Assembly: GCA_963762255.1 (NCBI GenBank)
Contig: CAVXKA010000001.1
Coordinates: 960,001 to 1,024,000 of the forward strand
Reading direction: 5' to 3'
Length of the DNA: 64,000 nt
DNA from: Candidatus Eiseniibacteriota bacterium
GTDB lineage: Bacteria; Eisenbacteria; RBG-16-71-46; JABDJR01
Shown here: piece by piece, positions 20,290-29,140 of the stretch
Position numbering within the stretch: position 1 is the first letter of the stretch
Layout: every line of letters begins with the position of its first letter
The notes under the pieces: generated by a model
The model's input: the letters and a program-made list of their open reading frames with translations, nothing else
Told to the model about the DNA's origin: nothing
Database searches by the model: none
Made by a program: the position numbers and the translations under genes

Positions 20290-21081
20290 ATGGATCTCGG
20301 ACTGAAGGGAAAGGTCGCGCTGGTGGCTGGTGCCTCGATGGGGATCGGCTACGCGATTGCGGAAGCGCTCGCCTTCGAGGGGGCGCGGGTGATCATCGCA
20401 TCGCGAAGTGAAGAGCGCATTCGTGAGGCTGCGCACCGGATTCAGCGGGCGACGGGGGGCGAAGCCCGCGGCATCGCTCTCGACGTGCGCGACCCCGACG
20501 CGGGCGCACGATTCGTCGAGGCGGCACATGAGGCCTTCGGGCCGGCGCTCATTCTCATCACCAACGCCGGGGGCCCGCCGCCAGGGCCCTTCGCCCGGTT
20601 CGACGTTCAGGACTTCGAAGAGGCGATGCGGCTCAATTTTCTCAGCGCGGTCGGCCTCACCAAGGCTGTGTTGCCTGACATGCAGTCGGCGCGCTGGGGG
20701 CGCATCGTGCACATCACGTCCTCTACCGTGCCCGAGCCCGCGGTGAAGCTCTTTCTCTCCTCCGCGGTGCGTCCCGCGGTGGCCGGATTCTCCAAAGCGC
20801 TGGCCACGGAAGTGGCCGCATCCGGCATCACGGTGAACATGGTATGTCCGGGTCTGATCGGGACCGCCCGGCTCCAGGAACTGGTCGAGCATCGTGCGCA
20901 TGAATCGGGGCTCACCCCGGCGGAAGAGCTCGAGGCCATGAGCCGTACGGTGCCGGTGGGGCGGATCGGTTTCCCCGGCGAACTTGCGGCAGCGGTGGCG
21001 TTTCTGACTTCCGAGCCGGCAGCCTACATCACCGGCACGGTGGTCCGGGTGGACGGTGGGCGGGTCTCGTCGCTTCTGTAA
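20290..21081 (+). CDS. SDR family oxidoreductase
   Basis: ALVAGASMGIG, TNAGGPPPG, atypical LSSAVR active site, YITGTVVRVDGG. Confidence 0.9.
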   Translation: MDLGLKGKVALVAGASMGIGYAIAEALAFEGARVIIASRSEERIREAAHRIQRATGGEARGIALDVRDPDAGARFVEAAHEAFGPALILITNAGGPPPGPFARFDVQDFEEAMRLNFLSAVGLTKAVLPDMQSARWGRIVHITSSTVPEPAVKLFLSSAVRPAVAGFSKALATEVAASGITVNMVCPGLIGTARLQELVEHRAHESGLTPAEELEAMSRTVPVGRIGFPGELAAAVAFLTSEPAAYITGTVVRVDGGRVSSLL

Positions 21082-21104
21082 CACATTTCATAACAATGTG
21101 TTAC
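21078..21104. promoter_or_regulatory. AT-rich perfect inverted repeat (10-7-10), IHF-like or transcription-factor site
   Basis: GTAACACATT-TCATAAC-AATGTGTTAC; strongly AT-rich against the GC-rich background. Confidence 0.45.
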
Positions 21105-21328
21105 GATTCAATCGAACACCCTTCGATTCGGGCTGGTCCGGAATCCAGATCCGCTCGGAATACACCCATCTCACCGGCGGTACCCCACGGCATCCGGGGG
21201 GGTAGGGCTTCTTCGCTCTTTGGATCGGGATCTTTTTCCCCTATACTCCCGCGACGCCCCGGTCCTGGGGCGGCCTCCTTTCGAATTAGCGACTCTCCTT
21301 CCCCCACAATCCCATGGAGGATCCTCAC

Positions 21329-22000
21329 ATGCGTAATCTCCGCTGGCTGTTTGGAGCCGGACTCATCTTAGCTACCGCCGGCGCGGCCTGGGCGGGCGGC
21401 TCCGCTTGCCAGTCCGGCAAGGCATCTTCCGATAAGGCGTCGGTCAAGAACGCCTCCGCCTGTTCCGCTCAGCAAGTCGCCGCCGGTTGCTGCTCCAAGT
21501 CCGCCCAGGCCGCGCCGGCCGGGGCTTCGGGCTCCTGCAGTGCTTCGGCGAAGGCCTCGTGCTCCGCGTCTCAGCAGGCTGCATGTGCGGCCAAGGGTGA
21601 CATGGCCGGTTGCACGTTCTGCGGTTTCCGGTCGGATCTCGGTGCGAGTGCCGGCCACGTGAACTTCAGCACGATCGATACCCGGGACGGGGTCATCGTG
21701 GTGTTCGCGGCCGCCTCCAAGGAGGATGTGACTGCGGCCCAGGCGCTTGCCGCCAAGGCGTACGCGATGATGAGCGGCGGCCCCGCACAATGCGAAGTGA
21801 CCAAGGCCAAGATGGCCGACAAGAACTGCGTTGGGTGCAAGGCCGGCCTCGATGCCTTCACGAACGCAGACGTGAAGATGGAGAACACCGAAGAGGGCGC
21901 CCGCGCGGTCGTGGTCTCCGCGGACCGGAACAACGTCGCCAAGCTGCACGCTTTCTTCCAGAATCTGCAGGTCTCCGAGAAGACCGACGTCAAGGGCTGA
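21329..22000 (+). CDS. Secreted Cys-rich hypothetical protein with a duplicated CxxC domain
   Basis: RBS GGAGG; signal peptide ending AWA; 12 Cys; CTFC and CVGC each precede a similar beta-beta-alpha unit. Confidence 0.75.
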   Translation: MRNLRWLFGAGLILATAGAAWAGGSACQSGKASSDKASVKNASACSAQQVAAGCCSKSAQAAPAGASGSCSASAKASCSASQQAACAAKGDMAGCTFCGFRSDLGASAGHVNFSTIDTRDGVIVVFAAASKEDVTAAQALAAKAYAMMSGGPAQCEVTKAKMADKNCVGCKAGLDAFTNADVKMENTEEGARAVVVSADRNNVAKLHAFFQNLQVSEKTDVKG

Positions 22001-22007
22001 GCGGTCC

Positions 22008-22847
22008 TTGTCCGAGTTCGAAGCCCGGCGCCTTGTCCCGAGGCGCCGGGCTTTTTTGGGCCTGCGCGGCTGGTGGTTGAACGTTCTTCTCTTCGTACTT
22101 GCCTGCGCGACCACCACGCTCGTGGGCGGCCCCGCCTACGCCGCGGTTCTCATGGTGTTGCTTCTCTTTCATGAGATGGGGCACTACCTGCAGGCGCGGC
22201 GCTACCGCGTGCCTGTCACCCTCCCCTACTTCATTCCCGTGCCGCTCCCCCCTTTCGGCACCATGGGCGCCGTGATCCGCATGAATCAGATGGGGGTGGA
22301 CCGCGCGCGACTCTTCGACATTGGAGTGACCGGCCCCCTGGCCGGTCTGGTGGTGGCGATTCCTGCCACACTGTGGGGCCTGGCCCATTCGCAGGTGGTG
22401 GCAACCGAGGCTCTGCGCGGGAGCACCATTCAGTTGGGGGATTCCATCTTCTTCGCCGCGCTGTCGAGACTGGTGATAGGGCCCGTGCCGCCGGGCCAGG
22501 ACATCCTGCTGCACCCGGTGGCCTTCGCGGGTTGGGCGGGGCTCTTCGTCACCGCGCTCAACTTGCTTCCGGTCGGGCAGCTCGACGGCGGTCACGTCCT
22601 GTATGCGCTTCTGGGGCGGCGCAGTCACGCCGTGGCGCTGGTCGTAGCGGCGGCCTTTGCGCTCACTGCGATCCTGGTGAATCCGGGGTGGACCCTGATG
22701 GTGCTGGTCGTGATCCTGACCGGAATCCGACACCCGCCGACCGCGGATGACACCGTCCCGCTCGGCCGGACCCGGAGATGGATCGGAATCGCCGTGCTGG
22801 TGTTCTTCGTGCTCTCGTTTACCCCGGACCCGTTACGGATCAACTGA
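22008..22847 (+). CDS. Site-2 protease (M50 intramembrane metalloprotease); start uncertain (TTG 22008 or TTG 22077)
   Basis: FHEMGH, PYFIP, GTMGAVIR, GPLAG, NLLPVGQLDGGH. Confidence 0.9.
   Translation: MSEFEARRLVPRRRAFLGLRGWWLNVLLFVLACATTTLVGGPAYAAVLMVLLLFHEMGHYLQARRYRVPVTLPYFIPVPLPPFGTMGAVIRMNQMGVDRARLFDIGVTGPLAGLVVAIPATLWGLAHSQVVATEALRGSTIQLGDSIFFAALSRLVIGPVPPGQDILLHPVAFAGWAGLFVTALNLLPVGQLDGGHVLYALLGRRSHAVALVVAAAFALTAILVNPGWTLMVLVVILTGIRHPPTADDTVPLGRTRRWIGIAVLVFFVLSFTPDPLRIN
22021..22058 (+). terminator. Intrinsic terminator
   Basis: AAGCCCGGCGCC-TTGTCCCGA-GGCGCCGGGCTT followed by TTTT, about 20 nt after the stop of the 21329 gene. Confidence 0.8.
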
Positions 22848-22906
22848 GTCCGCGACGAAGTGGCGGTTCGGGGACCGCGAGCGCCGGACAGAGCGCTTCG
22901 AGCCGG

Positions 22907-25261
22907 CTACGCAGCGCGCTGTGAACCTGACGGCTCTTCCGCCCACTCCAAGTAGATCGACTCGTCGTGGCCGTCCCGCGGGAAGACCCGCTGATCCGCC
23001 TCGAGGGGGACCTGTGGATACGCCTCGCTCCACTCCCGCAACATGCGATCGCGAATCCCCTCGGGATTCTGATCGACCTCGGGGGAGAGGACGAAGCAGG
23101 TGCCGGCCTCCGGCTCGGTGATGAGATCCACGTCCCGCTTGCGCGCGAGGAGGAACTCCCTCAGGGCGGTCTGATCTTCGTCGTTGGTCTCCGCGGCGAG
23201 CCGGAACCGGGTGAGTGCGAACTCATGGCCGTACCGGCGTGAGCGCAACCACTCCTGCCGGGTGAGAAGGCGGAATCCTCGGAGATCGAACACCGCCTCG
23301 GGTTGCGGAGCCGTCGGCAGCAGAGCCGGCATGGACTGCGCGTCCTCGGCGAATCGCGGCGAGCAGAGTTCGCTGATGTGATGGCCGACCTCGAGGAGTA
23401 CGTGGACGGGAACCTGGGCCGGAGATCCGGTCACCTCATCGGGCGGGAAGAACGCGACGAGAACCCCCTCGTTGTCAGGGCTAATGACTCCGATGTAGGG
23501 AGCCGGACCAACCGGCGCCGCAGCATCGTCGGGCTCCGCGCCGATTCCCACCGAGGTGGAACCGCTCTCGTTCACCCATTGCACGATCCGGTCGAGACTC
23601 CAGCGCACCTGACCGAGTATGGCGATCGCCCGCGGCGACCGTGGCTCGGTGGAGATGGGACGGCCCCCGTTGCGGGGAATCCAGATCGCCACCTCCGCGG
23701 CAAGGTTCTGCAGCGCCAGCTCCAGTGCGGCGTGCGTGCGCTGCACCGGCGGCAGGGCAGCCAACTGGGGGATCTGGTCCGTTACCCGCATCTTGAGCTG
23801 GTACAGAAGTTCCTGAGCCACGACCCCCTCTTCGGTGGCGATGAGCTCTTCGGTGTGCGTGACCACTTCGCGCAGAAGGCGGAAGATGTCTTCTTCGCTC
23901 TCCGCCGGCACCGGCACGTTTTCGAGCACGATGAGCGCACGGGGCTCCTGAGTCTGGATAGGGATGCAGATCAGCGCCGCTCGGCGCTCCCCGCGTTCGT
24001 GGAAGGTACCGACGATGTGCACTTCTCCGAGCCGAATCATGGCCCCGAGGAAGCCGCGGTCGAGCGGCTGCGACGCGGGCTGCCAACTGGCGGCGCCTTG
24101 CGACGTCCCCGCCAAGCTCAGTCGTCTGGCCAGGGGCTCGACGATGAAGACGCGCGAAAAATCTGCGGCGAGAGTCCTCCCGAGGGAGTCCGCCACTCCT
24201 CGCAGGCGCGCGCCGAGGTTCTCGGGCGACGCCATGAGTTGATCCATCTCGATCAGCGCCTTCTCCCACCGATCGCCGACATCCGAGCCCGTGCCGACGA
24301 TCGCGGATACTCGATTGGCGGCTTCCTTGGCGAACCTGGCGAGAATCAGAACGGAGTCGTCGTCGAAGACGACCGGTGCCGTTTCCGCGATGACGGCGAG
24401 GATCCCGATCACTCTCCCGTCCCTGACGATTCCGACGGCGGCGGCTTCCGGCGATGCGAATTCCCCCCATGACTCGAGTGCCCCGGTTGGAGTGCGATGC
24501 GTGATCCGGGGGACACCGCTCATGAGTACTTCACGGCAGATGCCGTCGCCGATCCACCGTTCGAATGCTTCGATGTTCTCCGGGGAGATTCCCTCTCGCA
24601 TCAGCGCGTGCCACGCGCCGTTCTCTCCGCTGGGGAGCAGGAAGGCACCCCCGCTGGCTCGGGTCGCGTGCATCGCGAGCTGCAAGACGGAGTGAAGCTC
24701 CTCGGTGTCGTCGGGAACGTCGGGGATTTCCGGCGCGACTTCCGGGATTGCCGGCTCCGGCGCGACCGGGTGGTACTCCCAGAGCACCGCATCCAGCACG
24801 GGTTCCTCGTCAGGGGCCTCCACCTCGAGGAGAGGGGTTTCCACCTCGAGGAGAGGGGCCTCCACCTCGACGAGATCGGCCGCGGAGATCTCAAGCGGCT
24901 GCACGTCGAGCGTCTGCCCGCGTACCTCGCCGAGCGCCTCGGTCAGCGGGACGACTTCGATCTCGGTGCCATCCAGCACGCTCCGGGCGAGCGCCAGCAG
25001 CGAGGAAGGTTGGTCGTTGACGATCACGCGATCGCACCCCAGCAAGGGAAGCCGCTCCGGTGCCTCCATCGCGGGGATCTGCAGAATCTCGGCCATGCGC
25101 ATGACGTGGCTGTCGCGCGCGTGACCCACGACAAGCACGACCTCCCAATCCGCTCTCTGTGTATAGTGACTCAACACGTCGAGAGCGCAATCAGGCAGTT
25201 CAATGAACCCCAGGTTTCGCTTGCGACGAGGAGTCGCGGGTCCGTCCCCCGATGTGAACAT
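22907..25261 (-). CDS. Multi-GAF-domain protein with a C-terminal degenerate GGDEF domain
   Basis: GAF-like segments (GICREVLMSGVPRI...GRVIGIL; GFLGAMIRLGE...ICIPI); C-terminal QEWLRSRRYGHEFAL...KRDVDL. Confidence 0.65.
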   Translation of the reverse strand: MFTSGDGPATPRRKRNLGFIELPDCALDVLSHYTQRADWEVVLVVGHARDSHVMRMAEILQIPAMEAPERLPLLGCDRVIVNDQPSSLLALARSVLDGTEIEVVPLTEALGEVRGQTLDVQPLEISAADLVEVEAPLLEVETPLLEVEAPDEEPVLDAVLWEYHPVAPEPAIPEVAPEIPDVPDDTEELHSVLQLAMHATRASGGAFLLPSGENGAWHALMREGISPENIEAFERWIGDGICREVLMSGVPRITHRTPTGALESWGEFASPEAAAVGIVRDGRVIGILAVIAETAPVVFDDDSVLILARFAKEAANRVSAIVGTGSDVGDRWEKALIEMDQLMASPENLGARLRGVADSLGRTLAADFSRVFIVEPLARRLSLAGTSQGAASWQPASQPLDRGFLGAMIRLGEVHIVGTFHERGERRAALICIPIQTQEPRALIVLENVPVPAESEEDIFRLLREVVTHTEELIATEEGVVAQELLYQLKMRVTDQIPQLAALPPVQRTHAALELALQNLAAEVAIWIPRNGGRPISTEPRSPRAIAILGQVRWSLDRIVQWVNESGSTSVGIGAEPDDAAAPVGPAPYIGVISPDNEGVLVAFFPPDEVTGSPAQVPVHVLLEVGHHISELCSPRFAEDAQSMPALLPTAPQPEAVFDLRGFRLLTRQEWLRSRRYGHEFALTRFRLAAETNDEDQTALREFLLARKRDVDLITEPEAGTCFVLSPEVDQNPEGIRDRMLREWSEAYPQVPLEADQRVFPRDGHDESIYLEWAEEPSGSQRAA
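24812..24874. repeat. Three tandem 21-bp repeats inside the CDS (LxEVExP heptapeptide)
   Basis: AGGGGCCTCCACCTCGAGGAG / AGGGGTTTCCACCTCGAGGAG / AGGGGCCTCCACCTCGACGAG. Confidence 0.85.
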
Positions 25262-25464
25262 GGCGTGGTTCCCCCCTGAGGAGTCTTGAGTCCGATTCTG
25301 GAGCAGCGAAGCCGCTGCACACCCTATGCTTATCGGAAGTTCTGGAGCCGACATTTGGCGTTTTCTGGCGGTGGCTCGAGCTAGCTCAGTCCCGGCGATC
25401 CGCCGCCGATACCCTGAAGGGCGCGCTTCCCGGCGCCCAATCTCATGAGGAACTATCTAAGCGC

Positions 25465-26934
25465 ATGTCCGACATCAAATTACTGACGCGGGTCTCGGCG
25501 GAATCCCGAATTCCGCCGGAGAATCGCATCTTCGTCAACCGCAACCTGCGGATGGCCTCGGTGGAGGCCATCGGCTTCGATCTGGACCATACCCTCGCCC
25601 ACTACCGGGGGCCGGCGGTCGAGGAGATCGCCTTTCAACTGACTCGGGAACGGCTGGTCACGCAATTCGGTTACCCCGAGGAACTCCTCGCTGTGCCCTA
25701 CGACCGCAACTTCGTCATCCGCGGGCTCGTGATCGACAAGCGTCGCGGCAACATCCTCAAGATGGACTACTACAACTACGTGGCCCGGGGGTATCACGGC
25801 TTCCGGAGGGTGGGCGCGGACGACCGCAAGACCGCGTACCGGTCGGGGCGCGTCCGCATGAGCAGCGACGCCTACGTGAGCGTCGATACCCTCTTTCACC
25901 TGCCGGAGGTGTTTCTCTACGTGGTGCTGGTGGATCTCGTCGAAAAGGGAAAGGTCGGAAAGCACCGACGCCCCTTCGCGAAGATCTACGAAGAAGTGCG
26001 CGAGAGCATCGACTCCGTGCACCGCGACGGGACGCTCAAGCGCGAGATCCTCGGAAACCTGGAGAAATACATCCGCAAGGATCCGCGACTGCGGCTCGCC
26101 CTCGAGGAGCTTCGCGGCGGGGGCAAGAAGCTCTTTCTGCTCACCAACAGCGAGTACTACTACAGCGGGGCGCTGCTCAATTACCTCCTGGCTAACGGCG
26201 AGCACAACGGCAAAGTGGATTGGCGCGAGTTCTTCGACGTCATCGTGGTGGACGCCGGCAAGCCGTCGTTCTTCATCGATCTCGTCCGGGAGGCCGCCCC
26301 GGCGCGACCCGAGGAGCTTCCGTCGCCGTGTCCCATCTTCCACGGGGGGAACGCGCGGCAACTGGAGGAGGCCCTCGGTTTCAGCGGCGACCAGATCCTC
26401 TATTTCGGCGACCACACGTACGGCGACATCCTTCGCAGCAAGAAGAACCTTGGCTGGCGCACCGCCATGGTGGTGGAAGAACTCAAGGAGGAGATGGATA
26501 CCGCCCGAAAGATGCAGCCTCAGCTCGACGAGCTGAACCACTGGAAGGCGTTGCGCGGGGTTCTGGAATCCGACATCTCGAGCCTGGAGATGGAGGTGCG
26601 CCGGTTGAAGCGCAAGCTCGAGGCGGGTGAAGGCGACGAGGCCGTCGCCGCGAAGCTCAACAAGAAGCTGGAGGGGATCCAGACGCGCCTCACCGAACGC
26701 GAGGCCGAGCTCAAGGAGGTCAAGCGCGTGACTTCCGACCTCGGGGAGCTCATCAACAAGAGCTACAACCCGAACTGGGGCCCGCTCTTTCGCGAGGGGC
26801 AGGAAACGAGCCGCTTCGGCCACCAGGTGAAGGACTTCGCCTGCCTCTACATGACGCGGGTCAGCAACCTCCTCTACTACAACCTGAACCACTACTATCG
26901 CTCCGCGGTGGAACGGATGCCGCACGAGCTGTAG
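25465..26934 (+). CDS. HAD-IG family 5'-nucleotidase (cN-II-like)
   Basis: IFVNRNLRM, GFDLDHTLAHY, RGLVIDK, FLLTNS, KPSFF, YFGDHTYGDI, GWRT; coiled-coil insertion. Confidence 0.9.
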   Translation: MSDIKLLTRVSAESRIPPENRIFVNRNLRMASVEAIGFDLDHTLAHYRGPAVEEIAFQLTRERLVTQFGYPEELLAVPYDRNFVIRGLVIDKRRGNILKMDYYNYVARGYHGFRRVGADDRKTAYRSGRVRMSSDAYVSVDTLFHLPEVFLYVVLVDLVEKGKVGKHRRPFAKIYEEVRESIDSVHRDGTLKREILGNLEKYIRKDPRLRLALEELRGGGKKLFLLTNSEYYYSGALLNYLLANGEHNGKVDWREFFDVIVVDAGKPSFFIDLVREAAPARPEELPSPCPIFHGGNARQLEEALGFSGDQILYFGDHTYGDILRSKKNLGWRTAMVVEELKEEMDTARKMQPQLDELNHWKALRGVLESDISSLEMEVRRLKRKLEAGEGDEAVAAKLNKKLEGIQTRLTEREAELKEVKRVTSDLGELINKSYNPNWGPLFREGQETSRFGHQVKDFACLYMTRVSNLLYYNLNHYYRSAVERMPHEL

Positions 26935-27017
26935 TCGGCGGATTGAGACCGGTCACCAGGCGGACGGCAGGCGTTGTGCGGGGTCGGTCGCAGCGGCGCC
27001 GCGGCCGGTCGGGTCCA

Positions 27018-27551
27018 TCAGGGGCGCGCGACCACCATGTCGGGCGGCGGCATGGCCGCGTGCCAGAGCGGGCGCACTGCCAGGATCTCACCGGCGGCGT
27101 TGATCACCGCGACGCGGTCCTTCCCGGGCGCGCGGCCTTCGTCGGCGTGGACCTCGACCCATCCGTTGGGCCCGACCCTCAGGCGTTGCGTGGCGAGATC
27201 GAGCGCGGGCGCCGCCGCAGTCACGGGGATTCCGTCGGCACACGCCAGTAACGCGCTCACGCCGGTGCCGTGGAGGAGTTGTCTCAACTCGTTCATCTCG
27301 CGATCTCCCGCGAGAAAGACCGCGTAGAGCGCGGTGTCGGCGGGCGCAAACGACGTCGTCCGCCCGCGCAAGTCGGCGACCAGGAGCGGGCGCGCGGAGA
27401 ATCCCTCGCCGGTTGGGAAGGGGCTGTGTCGAAAGCAGACCGCGGGGGGACCGGCCTCCCAAGCAATGCGTTCCCCCGCGGAAGCCTGCGCTGCGATCAG
27501 CGCGAGCGGCAGGATCAGAAACGCCATTGAACGCGCGCCCGACTGCATCAA
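27018..27551 (-). CDS. Secreted hypothetical protein
   Basis: Signal peptide ending AQASA; RBS GGGGGG; sigma54-like promoter upstream. Confidence 0.55.
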   Translation of the reverse strand: MMQSGARSMAFLILPLALIAAQASAGERIAWEAGPPAVCFRHSPFPTGEGFSARPLLVADLRGRTTSFAPADTALYAVFLAGDREMNELRQLLHGTGVSALLACADGIPVTAAAPALDLATQRLRVGPNGWVEVHADEGRAPGKDRVAVINAAGEILAVRPLWHAAMPPPDMVVARP

Positions 27552-27600
27552 TCCATTCCCCCCCGCTTGAAGCGGTACCCGTAGACGACACCCAAAGAGA

Positions 27601-27616
27601 AGCAGGATTGGTGCCA
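27601..27616 (-). promoter_or_regulatory. sigma54-type promoter for the 27551 gene
   Basis: Minus strand TGGCACCAATCCTGCT = TGGCAC-N5-CTGC. Confidence 0.6.
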
Positions 27617-27819
27617 GTAGCTAAGACCATGAAAAAGCGGAGGATGGCTCCCCCGATAGCCCGCCGGGCGGCACCGAAGTTACCAGTGGAGGGACTTCCT
27701 TTCCACCGCTCCCGCATTTCGCGCGCCCGGCAAAGGAACCTGACCCAGAGATATCGCAGTTCCCGGAAAGCGCCGTTCCGAGTTGCCTGCCGCCTCTGTT
27801 AGCCTGCTCGGCCTGCACT

Positions 27820-27839
27820 CCCCGGATGATCATCCGGGG
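27820..27839. promoter_or_regulatory. Perfect 20-bp palindrome just before the RBS of the kbl-like gene
   Basis: CCCCGGATGATCATCCGGGG is self-complementary. Confidence 0.5.
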
Positions 27840-27854
27840 TGACAAGGAGACCCG

Positions 27855-29039
27855 ATGGGCAAGCTGGAGTTCATGAGCGCGGAGTTGGAGCGATTGCGTG
27901 GCGAGGGTCTCTACAACCCCTTCCGAACGGTGACGAGCCCTCAGGGGGCGTGGATCGAGGCGGATGGACGACATGTCCTCAATCTCTGCTCCAACAACTA
28001 TCTGGGTTTCGGAAACGATCCGCGCCTTGTGGCTGCCGCGCACCGCGCCCTGGATTCGCGGGGCGTCGGCCCCTGCGCCGTGCGACCGCTCGCCGGGACC
28101 ATGGACCTGCACGTCGAACTCGAGGAGAAGCTCGCGCGGTTCAAGGGTGCCGAAGCCGCCCTTTCCTTTCAGAGTGGATACAACGCGAATGTCGGGGTGA
28201 TACCCGCCATCGCGGACGCCGCCGAGGATCTGATCCTCACGGACGAACTCAACCACGCCTCGATCATCGACGGGGTGAGGCAGACCAAGGCCCGCCGTGT
28301 CATCTACCGGCACAACGACATCGGGGACCTGCGCGCCAAGCTCCGCGAGGGGCGGGGCGCCCGGCGCACGCTCATCGTGACCGACGGAGTGTTCAGCATG
28401 GACGGCGATATCGCGCCGCTGCCGGAACTTGTCCTTGCCGCGGAGGAAGCCGACGCGATCGTCATGGTGGACGACGCGCACGGGGAGGGCGTGCTCGGCA
28501 GTCATGGCCGCGGCATCGTGGATCACTTCGGGCTGCACGGCCGCGTGGACATCGAGGTAGGCACGCTCTCGAAGGCGTTCGGCGTCGTGGGGGGATTCGC
28601 CGCGGGATCCCGCGTCGCGATGGAGTTCCTCCGCCAGAAGGCGCGCGCGTTCACCTTCTCGAGCGCGGCCACGCCGCCGGACGTGGCCGCCTGCATCGCC
28701 GCCATCGACATTCTCGCCGCCACCGACGCTCCCGTGAAGCGGTTGTGGGAGAACGGGGACGCGCTCAAGGAGGGGTTCCGCCGCGCCGGTTTCGATATCG
28801 GGCACAGCCGGACGCCGATCACACCGGTCATCCTCGGCGAAGCGGAGACGGCTCGGGAATTCTCCAAGCGCCTCTTCGACTCACAAGATGTCTTCGCGCA
28901 GGCGATCGCGTTTCCCATCGTCCCCCGCGGTTCGGCCCGCATCCGGTGCATGGTGAGCGCCGCCCATTCCCCCGAGGACATCCGCCGGGCGGTGGAGGCG
29001 TTCTCCGCGGTCGGGCGGGATCTGGGAATCGTCGGCTGA
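27855..29039 (+). CDS. kbl: Glycine C-acetyltransferase / 8-amino-7-oxononanoate synthase family (PLP alpha-oxoamine synthase)
   Basis: CSNNYLG, DELNHASIIDG, TDGVFSMDGD, VDDAHGEG, GTLSKAFG, ARIR. Confidence 0.8.
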   Translation: MGKLEFMSAELERLRGEGLYNPFRTVTSPQGAWIEADGRHVLNLCSNNYLGFGNDPRLVAAAHRALDSRGVGPCAVRPLAGTMDLHVELEEKLARFKGAEAALSFQSGYNANVGVIPAIADAAEDLILTDELNHASIIDGVRQTKARRVIYRHNDIGDLRAKLREGRGARRTLIVTDGVFSMDGDIAPLPELVLAAEEADAIVMVDDAHGEGVLGSHGRGIVDHFGLHGRVDIEVGTLSKAFGVVGGFAAGSRVAMEFLRQKARAFTFSSAATPPDVAACIAAIDILAATDAPVKRLWENGDALKEGFRRAGFDIGHSRTPITPVILGEAETAREFSKRLFDSQDVFAQAIAFPIVPRGSARIRCMVSAAHSPEDIRRAVEAFSAVGRDLGIVG

Positions 29040-29140
29040 TCCCCCAGGCCCCCCGGCTGACGCCCCCGATCCTGCAACCCCTCGACCCGCCGTCTCGTAA
29101 GGGGGAGCCGAGCCCATAGAGGCTCAGGGGGTTCGTGACC

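Noticed and set aside
21078-21104. Possible dif (XerCD) site
   Set aside because: The arms are perfectly symmetric with a 7-bp spacer and lack the TTATGTTAAA XerD arm and 11-6-11 layout; kept only as a generic dyad.
27660-27815. Possible glycine riboswitch upstream of the kbl-like gene
   Set aside because: CCGAAG is present, but the GGAGA and CTCTCAGG elements and the tandem aptamer layout are missing.
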